A stretch of 64,000 nt of DNA, from contig CAVTEG010000009.1 in NCBI GenBank assembly GCA_963733815.1, forward strand, positions 115,580 to 179,579, written 5' to 3'. The notes under the pieces were generated by a model that saw nothing but the letters and a program-made list of their open reading frames with translations, was not told where the DNA came from and made no database searches. Positions 57,014-64,000 of the stretch are shown piece by piece. The stretch comes from an uncultured Acidobacteriota bacterium. GTDB lineage: Bacteria; Acidobacteriota; Thermoanaerobaculia; UBA5066; Gp7-AA6. A program made the translations under genes and the position numbers. Numbering within the stretch: position 1 is the first letter of the stretch; each line of letters opens with the position of its first letter.

Positions 57014-57877
57014 GTGATCCTCGTGACGGGCGCAACGGGCAAGGTCGGCAGCGAAGTGGTCCGTCAACTGGCGTCGGAAAGCGTTCCGGTCCGCGCGTTC
57101 GTGCGCGATCCGGCGCGGGCGTCGAGTGTGCGTCTTCCCGGCGTGGACGTCGCGGTGGGAGACTTCGCGCGGCCCGAAACTCTGGACCGCGCGCTCTCGG
57201 GCGTGAATCGCGTCTTCCTGCTTTCGCCGGCGGACCCGGAGCAGGTCACGCTCCAGGGCAACGTCGTCCAGGCCTGCAAGCGGGCCGGCGTCGCGCGCGT
57301 CGTCAAGATTTCCGTGGCGGGAGGGCCCGATGCGGCCACGCAGATCGGGCGCTGGCACTGGACCACCGAGAAACAGATCGAAGCCTCCGGCCTGGGTTTC
57401 ACGATGCTCCGGCCCACGCTCTACATGCAGCAGACGCTGTCGTTCGCGGCGTCCGTGGCCAGGACCGGCAGCTTCTCGGCGCCGATGGGAACGGGCGAAG
57501 TCGCGATGGTGGACACGCGCGACGTCGCGGCGGTGGCCGTCCGCGCGCTGACCGAGGACGGGCACGACCACAAGATCTACGACGTGACCGGGGCCGAGGC
57601 GCTGTCCTTCGACGCCGTGGCCGACGCGATCTCGGAAGCGATCGGCCGCAAGGTGTCCTACGTCCACGTTCCGCCCGAATACGCCAAGAAACAGATGCTC
57701 GGGGTAGGCGTACCGCGCTGGCTGGTGGACGACATGCTCGTGCTCTTCGCCTCCTTCCGGGAGGGCTACGGCGCCGCGGTGTCCGACGCGGTGCAGAGCG
57801 TGACGGGCCGGCGTCCGAGGTCCTTCCCGCAGTTCGCCCGCGACCATGCCCGCGCCTTCCTCGAGGGAAAGGCGTGA
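57014..57877 (+). CDS. NmrA-like / atypical SDR NAD(P)H-binding protein
   Basis: MILVTGATGKVGSEVVRQL, VFLLSP, MLRPTLYMQ. Confidence 0.8.
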   Translation: MILVTGATGKVGSEVVRQLASESVPVRAFVRDPARASSVRLPGVDVAVGDFARPETLDRALSGVNRVFLLSPADPEQVTLQGNVVQACKRAGVARVVKISVAGGPDAATQIGRWHWTTEKQIEASGLGFTMLRPTLYMQQTLSFAASVARTGSFSAPMGTGEVAMVDTRDVAAVAVRALTEDGHDHKIYDVTGAEALSFDAVADAISEAIGRKVSYVHVPPEYAKKQMLGVGVPRWLVDDMLVLFASFREGYGAAVSDAVQSVTGRRPRSFPQFARDHARAFLEGKA

Positions 57878-58066
57878 TCGCCGCCGCCGCCGTCCTCGCT
57901 CTGCCGTCGTTCGCTCCTCCCGAACCGCCCCGACCGCCGTTCCGCGCTCCCGTCCACATCGCGATGGGATCGACGCGCCAGCCGGTCGGCCTCGGTCGCC
58001 GCCACCGCCTAGTTCGCGGCTTCGCTCGGCTCCGATAGGATTCAGGCCTTCGGAAGGGAGGCTGCG

Positions 58067-58516
58067 ATGTCCGCTCGAATTCCGCCGACCTACGACGACG
58101 CGGTCCTGGTGCTGCGGCTCTTCGAGCTGCGCCGGGAAGAGAAGCTGCGGGCCGCGCGCGAGTGGTTCCGCACGGCGTTCTTTCCCCGATCCTTCGACGA
58201 AGTACGGACGGTGACGAGCACGAACGGTCCGGAGAACACGTCTTATCGCATGGTCACCGGCTACTGGGACATGTCCTGCTCGTTCGTGGCGCACGGCGTG
58301 CTCCATCCGGACCTCTTCTTCGAGTCGGGCGGAGAAGCGCTCTTTGTGTGGGCGAAGCTCTCGCCGTTCATCGAGGACCTCCGGCGCGATCAGCAGAACC
58401 CGAGAATCCTCGCCAACGTCGAGAAGGCGATCGCGATGGCGCCCGGGGCGGCCGAGAGGGTCGCCGGAATTCGCGGGCGGCTCGACGCGATGCGGGAGCG
58501 CTACAGCCGCAGGTAA
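58067..58516 (+). CDS. hypothetical protein
   Basis: RBS GGGAGG, clean 149-codon ORF with high GC3. No family recognised. Confidence 0.5.
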   Translation: MSARIPPTYDDAVLVLRLFELRREEKLRAAREWFRTAFFPRSFDEVRTVTSTNGPENTSYRMVTGYWDMSCSFVAHGVLHPDLFFESGGEALFVWAKLSPFIEDLRRDQQNPRILANVEKAIAMAPGAAERVAGIRGRLDAMRERYSRR

Positions 58517-58532
58517 AGGTCGCTCGCGGGTC

Positions 58533-59027
58533 TCAGAATCCGAGGTCGCTCAAGCCCGGGTGTGCGTCGGGCCGGCGTCCGAGCGGCCAGTGATACTTGC
58601 GGTCCGCTTCCTTGATCGGAAGGTCGTTGATGCTGGCCAGCCGCAGGCGCATGTAACCGCGTTCGTCGAACTCCCAGTTCTCGTTTCCGTAGGAGCGGAA
58701 CCAGCTTCCCGAGTCGTCGTGCCACTCGTACGCGAACCGCACGGCGATGCGGTTGTCCGCGAACGTCCAGAGCTCCTTGATGAGCCGGTAATCCAGTTCC
58801 TTCGTCCACTTGCGTTTCAGAAACGCCACGATTTCCGCCCGGCCATTCAGGAACTCCGAGCGGTTCCTCCAGCGCGAGTCCGGCGAGTAGGCCAGCGAGA
58901 CCTTCTCGGGGTCGTGCGTGTTCCAGGCGTCCTCGGCCAGGCGCACTTTCTGGACGGCCGTTTCGCGCGTGAACGGGGGCAGGGGGGGCCGCGGCGCTTC
59001 GGGGGATCCAGCGGACAAATCTTTCAT
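58533..59027 (-). CDS. DUF1348 family (NTF2-like) protein
   Basis: ATG 59027 after [34 protein letters not shown]...[35 protein letters not shown]...[13 protein letters not shown]...HWPLGRRPD. Confidence 0.75.
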   Translation of the reverse strand: MKDLSAGSPEAPRPPLPPFTRETAVQKVRLAEDAWNTHDPEKVSLAYSPDSRWRNRSEFLNGRAEIVAFLKRKWTKELDYRLIKELWTFADNRIAVRFAYEWHDDSGSWFRSYGNENWEFDERGYMRLRLASINDLPIKEADRKYHWPLGRRPDAHPGLSDLGF

Positions 59028-59085
59028 GATGGGCTCCTTCGTCATTCGTTCTTCCGGCAATCCATGCAACGGACGCGCCGGCCGA

Positions 59086-60435
59086 TCATCGAGCGGCTTG
59101 CCGAGCCTCGCCGAGGATTTCCCGGATCCGGGGTTCCCACTCCCGGTGCTCGGGCTTCATGAGGACCGACCGCAGGCAGGTCACGCGCTCGGCGTCGAGC
59201 CCGAAGAAGCGTCCGGGAAGCTCCGCCAGGGCCAGGTGCAGATGCCGCTTCGCGGCCTCCGCGAAAACGCGACGGGCGCAGGCGGAGGACTCGGCGGGAG
59301 ACCCTCCGCGGACGGCCCAGACGACGATGTCGAGCTCGGGCGCGAAGACCGGCGTCCAGCGGGAGTCGGTCGCGAGGCCCGCGTAAAGCGCCAGGGCGGC
59401 ATCTCGCGAACGCCTCGAGACCGCGCGCGAACGTTCCGCCCGTGTCGAGCGGCAGCAGCCGCTGCGTCGCCCAGAGCGCGACGGCCGAAGCGCCCGGCGC
59501 GCGAGCACTCGAGGCTGATCTCGCCGAGGTGGAGCTCGTGCCGAGCTGAAGTACGTGTACGGCGAGTCGTGCTTGTAGAACCGCCCGACCGCGGGATCGC
59601 GGAAGAGCACGCAGCCGCAGCCGTACGGCTGGAGTCCGTGTTTGTGGGGATCGATCACGATCGAGTCGGCCTCGCCGATCCCGTCGAAGGCGCGACGGGC
59701 CGGTGCCGCGAGGTTGCCGGCGAGGGTGAAGTATCCGCCGTACGCGGCGTCCGCGTGCATGCGCGCGCCGTGACGGCGAGCCAGGGCCAGGATCTCCGGC
59801 AGCGGATCCACCGAGCCGGTTGCGGTCGTTCCCATCGTGGCGACGACCGTACCGACGTCGCCGCGCGACAGCCGCGCGGCCAGCACATCGAGGTCCATGC
59901 GGCCCAGCCGATCGCACTCCACGGACTCGAACGGAATGCCGAGGACGGCCGCTGATGCGCGAGTGCGTGTAGTGCGCCTGCGAGGACGCCACGACCACCG
60001 CGCCGGGACGGAGCTCGTCGTCCGACCCACAGCGCTTCGAGATTGGCCATGGTGCCGCCGCCGCAGAGATGCCCGAGGTGCGTCTCCCAGCCGAACATCG
60101 CGGCGCAGCGCCGCGACCGCCTCGCGCTCCATCGCCGAGCTCGCGCGCCCGCCGTCGAGCGCGTGATTGTTGGGATTGATCCACATCGATAGGGCGTAGG
60201 CGAGCCGGGCCACGGGATGGGGAGGCTTGAGCATCTGGCCCGCGTAGAGCGGGTGGAAGTAGGGAAAGTTGTCGTGGAGGCGCGCCGCCGCCTCGCCGAG
60301 GATGCGGCGGATCTCGTCGGCGTCCGCGGAGCGCGAATCGAGGGACGGAAGCCCGGCGAATCCCTCGGCGAGGCGCTCGACCGCGGCGCGAAGCTGCGCG
60401 GCGGACTCTTCCGCGTCGAGTTCGGCGCCGCTCAT
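59086..60435 (-). pseudogene. pyridoxal-dependent (group II) decarboxylase family protein, several frame changes
   Basis: MSGAELD...FHPLYAGQMLKPPHPVARLAYALSMWINPNNHALDGGRASSAMEREAV. MFGWETHLGHLCGGGTMANLEALWV (ORF 59655..60098). VATMGTTATGSVDPLPEILALARRHGARMHADAAYGGYF...SIVIDPHKHGLQPYGCGCVLF (PLP-Lys). The C-terminus is in the frame of ORF 59086..60861. Confidence 0.75.
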
Positions 60436-60968
60436 GCCGGCGGCGCCGCGAACGCCGCCCGAACGTCGGCGCGCCGCAGGACGTAGATCGTTCCGCCGAA
60501 AAGGATGAGCCCGACGATGCCGATCACGGCGGCGGCGGCGAAGCCGGCCAATCGGGCCTTCGCGGCTTCGCCCGCGCTCGCCTCTCGAGCCAATGCGACG
60601 GTCCCCGCGGCGACGAAGCCGGAAGTCGCCAGTGTCGCCAGGACTCCGAGGTACGCCACGGCGAGCATCGCCGTTCGCGCCCAGGGCTTCATCTGCAGCA
60701 GCGACCAGGCGACGCAGGCGACCGACGTCGCGACGACGATCTGGAGACCGAAGATGAGCGGCGCGTGGCGCAGCGTCCATTCCAGGCCGAACTCGCGCAC
60801 CGCCTTCATGGCCTCGACCGGGACAAACGGGATTCCCTGATCGAGCCCGCTGAAGCGCCACACGAAGCAGCCCCAGAGTCCGTTAGCGGCCCGGATCAAG
60901 GCGACGACGAGCCAGGTCCATCCGATGACCGTCACCGCACGGGGGCGCTGTGAGGCGGGCGCTTCCAT
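60432..60968 (-). CDS. membrane protein, unknown function (stop overlaps decarboxylase ATG)
   Basis: ATG 60968 inside ORF 60432..61586. Five or six TM segments (VIGWTWLVVALIRAANGLWGCFVW, LIFGLQIVVATSVACVAWSLL, ...). ATGA overlap at 60432..60435. Confidence 0.5.
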   Translation of the reverse strand: MEAPASQRPRAVTVIGWTWLVVALIRAANGLWGCFVWRFSGLDQGIPFVPVEAMKAVREFGLEWTLRHAPLIFGLQIVVATSVACVAWSLLQMKPWARTAMLAVAYLGVLATLATSGFVAAGTVALAREASAGEAAKARLAGFAAAAVIGIVGLILFGGTIYVLRRADVRAAFAAPPA

Positions 60969-61053
60969 GGTACTCGCCCCGGAATCATATGGCGGCGAGC
61001 CGCCGGGAACCTTGCGCGGCGCGCGGGTTCTCATCTTCCGGAGGATTCGGAGG

Positions 61054-61953
61054 ATGGACCGTTCCCGTCTGCCGCTGCGTCTGACGGTCGCGGCCGCTAT
61101 CGTGGTGGCCGTGATCGCCAGCCTCGTCGTGGCCAGCCGCGCGCATCGCATGGAGAGTGAAGCCGTCGACGAGGCGGCCGCGCGCCTGACCGCGCTCGCC
61201 GTCCGCGAGGCGCGGCCCCGGGCGACCGGTGTGGCGGGCGAAGCGCTGGCCGCGATGTTCGAAGCGGATCGGCTCGTCCGGACCGCGGCGCTGTCGATCG
61301 AAGTCGCTTCGTATCCGGATGCCGCCGAGAAGGCGGTGGCGATCGCGCAGGCGCAGGGAGGGTATCTCGCCGATTCGCGCGTCTCCCGGGATGCGAGCGG
61401 CCGGCAGAGGGGCACGCTCACCGTGCGCGTTCCCGCCGGCCGCTTCGACGCGGCGTTTCGCGAGCTCAAGGCGCTCGGCCGCGTCGAGGCCGCGAATGTG
61501 GAGACGCGCGACGTGACGAAGGAATACGCGGACCTTTCGGCGCGGGTGGCCGCTAAACGCGAAGCGCGGCAGCGGCTGACCAACATTCTGCGGACCCGAA
61601 CCGCGGATCTCGCCGATCTCGTCTCCGCGGAGAAGGAGCTTTCGCGCCTGATCGAAGAAATCGAACAGCTCGAGGGTCAGCGGATCTACTACGAGCGTCG
61701 GACGGCGCTGTCGACGATCCTCGTGGACCTGGCCGAGCCGGCGGCCTTCCTTCGCGACGGCGCGCTCGCGCCTCTCTTGAGGGCGCTGCGGGATGCGCTC
61801 CCGCTCCTGGCCGGCTCGGCGGCGGCAATGGTCTATACCGCGGCGGCGGCGCTGCCCTGGGCGATCGCCGCTCTCGTGATCTGGAGGATGCGTCGAAAGA
61901 CCGTTTCGCGGCTCGGACTCTCAGCGGCCCGCTTCGCGGGCCAACCGAAATGA
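61054..61953 (+). CDS. DUF4349 domain protein (N- and C-terminal TM, coiled-coil core)
   Basis: ATG 61054 after GGAGGA. ALSIEVASYPDAAEKAVAIAQAQGGYLADS...TLTVRVPAGRFDAAFRELKALGRVEAANVETRDVTKEYADLSARVAAKREARQRL. The last 8 codons and the stop lie inside REP family 2 copy 61932..61986. Confidence 0.7.
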   Translation: MDRSRLPLRLTVAAAIVVAVIASLVVASRAHRMESEAVDEAAARLTALAVREARPRATGVAGEALAAMFEADRLVRTAALSIEVASYPDAAEKAVAIAQAQGGYLADSRVSRDASGRQRGTLTVRVPAGRFDAAFRELKALGRVEAANVETRDVTKEYADLSARVAAKREARQRLTNILRTRTADLADLVSAEKELSRLIEEIEQLEGQRIYYERRTALSTILVDLAEPAAFLRDGALAPLLRALRDALPLLAGSAAAMVYTAAAALPWAIAALVIWRMRRKTVSRLGLSAARFAGQPK

Positions 61954-61986
61954 GAGGGGAAGTCGCTTCAAGAACTCTCTCCCCCA
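61932..61986 (-). repeat. REP family 2 copy (inverted orientation)
   Basis: The reverse complement reads GCGACTTCCCCTCTCATTTCGGTTGGCCCGCGAAGCGGGCCGCTGAGAGTCCGAG. Confidence 0.8.
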
Positions 61987-61990
61987 AAAG

Positions 61991-64000
<2,010 letters not shown>

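Noticed and set aside
55964-58306. 780-aa minus-strand ORF. The same applies to 39432..40985, 30276..32102, 8020..9072 and 13489..14547.
   Set aside because: They are antisense to genes with clear family motifs (Qor, NmrA-like, FGE, SDR, RND). Their composition is dominated by Arg, Gly, Asp and His, and they lack an RBS or recognisable domain.

Overview
High-GC (hand counts of about 68-73 % in sampled lines) bacterial chromosomal segment. It is probably from an Acidobacteriota-type genome; this is an inference from one intact and one collapsed ADOP-type duplicated FtsX permease and from GTCATCCCGAG-type REP elements. I resolve about 65 protein-coding genes. I saw no rRNA, tRNA, CRISPR array, transposase, integrase or phage genes. 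Gene content is mostly stress, detoxification and envelope functions:
- Efflux and transport: MATE, MFS and RND efflux systems.
- Small stress-type proteins: VOC, SRPBCC, YciI/DGPF, DoxX, OsmC, NIPSNAP.
- Redox enzymes: several SDR, NmrA and quinone oxidoreductases, plus a TlpA-type redoxin.
- Hydrolases: S9 peptidase, beta-lactamase-family enzyme, amidohydrolase, epoxide hydrolase, MBL-fold enzyme, gamma-glutamyltransferase.
- Housekeeping: xth, threonine dehydratase, gap.

Main observations:
1. An ECF42-type sigma locus (three DGPF/YciI paralogs, a DoxX-like gene and a sigma factor with a C-terminal extension). A 27-bp bipartite motif, TGTCGAT-N14-TTCG(T/A)C, occurs four times, always intergenic and co-oriented with the downstream operon. 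This is a candidate regulon that would also include a VOC/SRPBCC operon and the RND efflux operon.
2. An in-frame TGA splits a thioredoxin fold exactly at the catalytic-Cys position and is followed by a SECIS-like hairpin. This is a candidate selenoprotein that would fuse ORFs 29908..31008 and 29152..29907.
3. A second, kinase-coupled ECF sigma module sits next to a lower-GC gene for a large secreted protein.
4. Two interspersed hairpin repeat families each occur at three loci.
5. At least 14 conserved genes have broken reading frames. The breaks are clustered and mostly single extra bases. Several real-looking gene remnants are also present. The frame breaks could be assembly indels or genuine decay; I cannot tell which without reads.

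All functional calls come from recognising motifs in the supplied translations. No database search was run.
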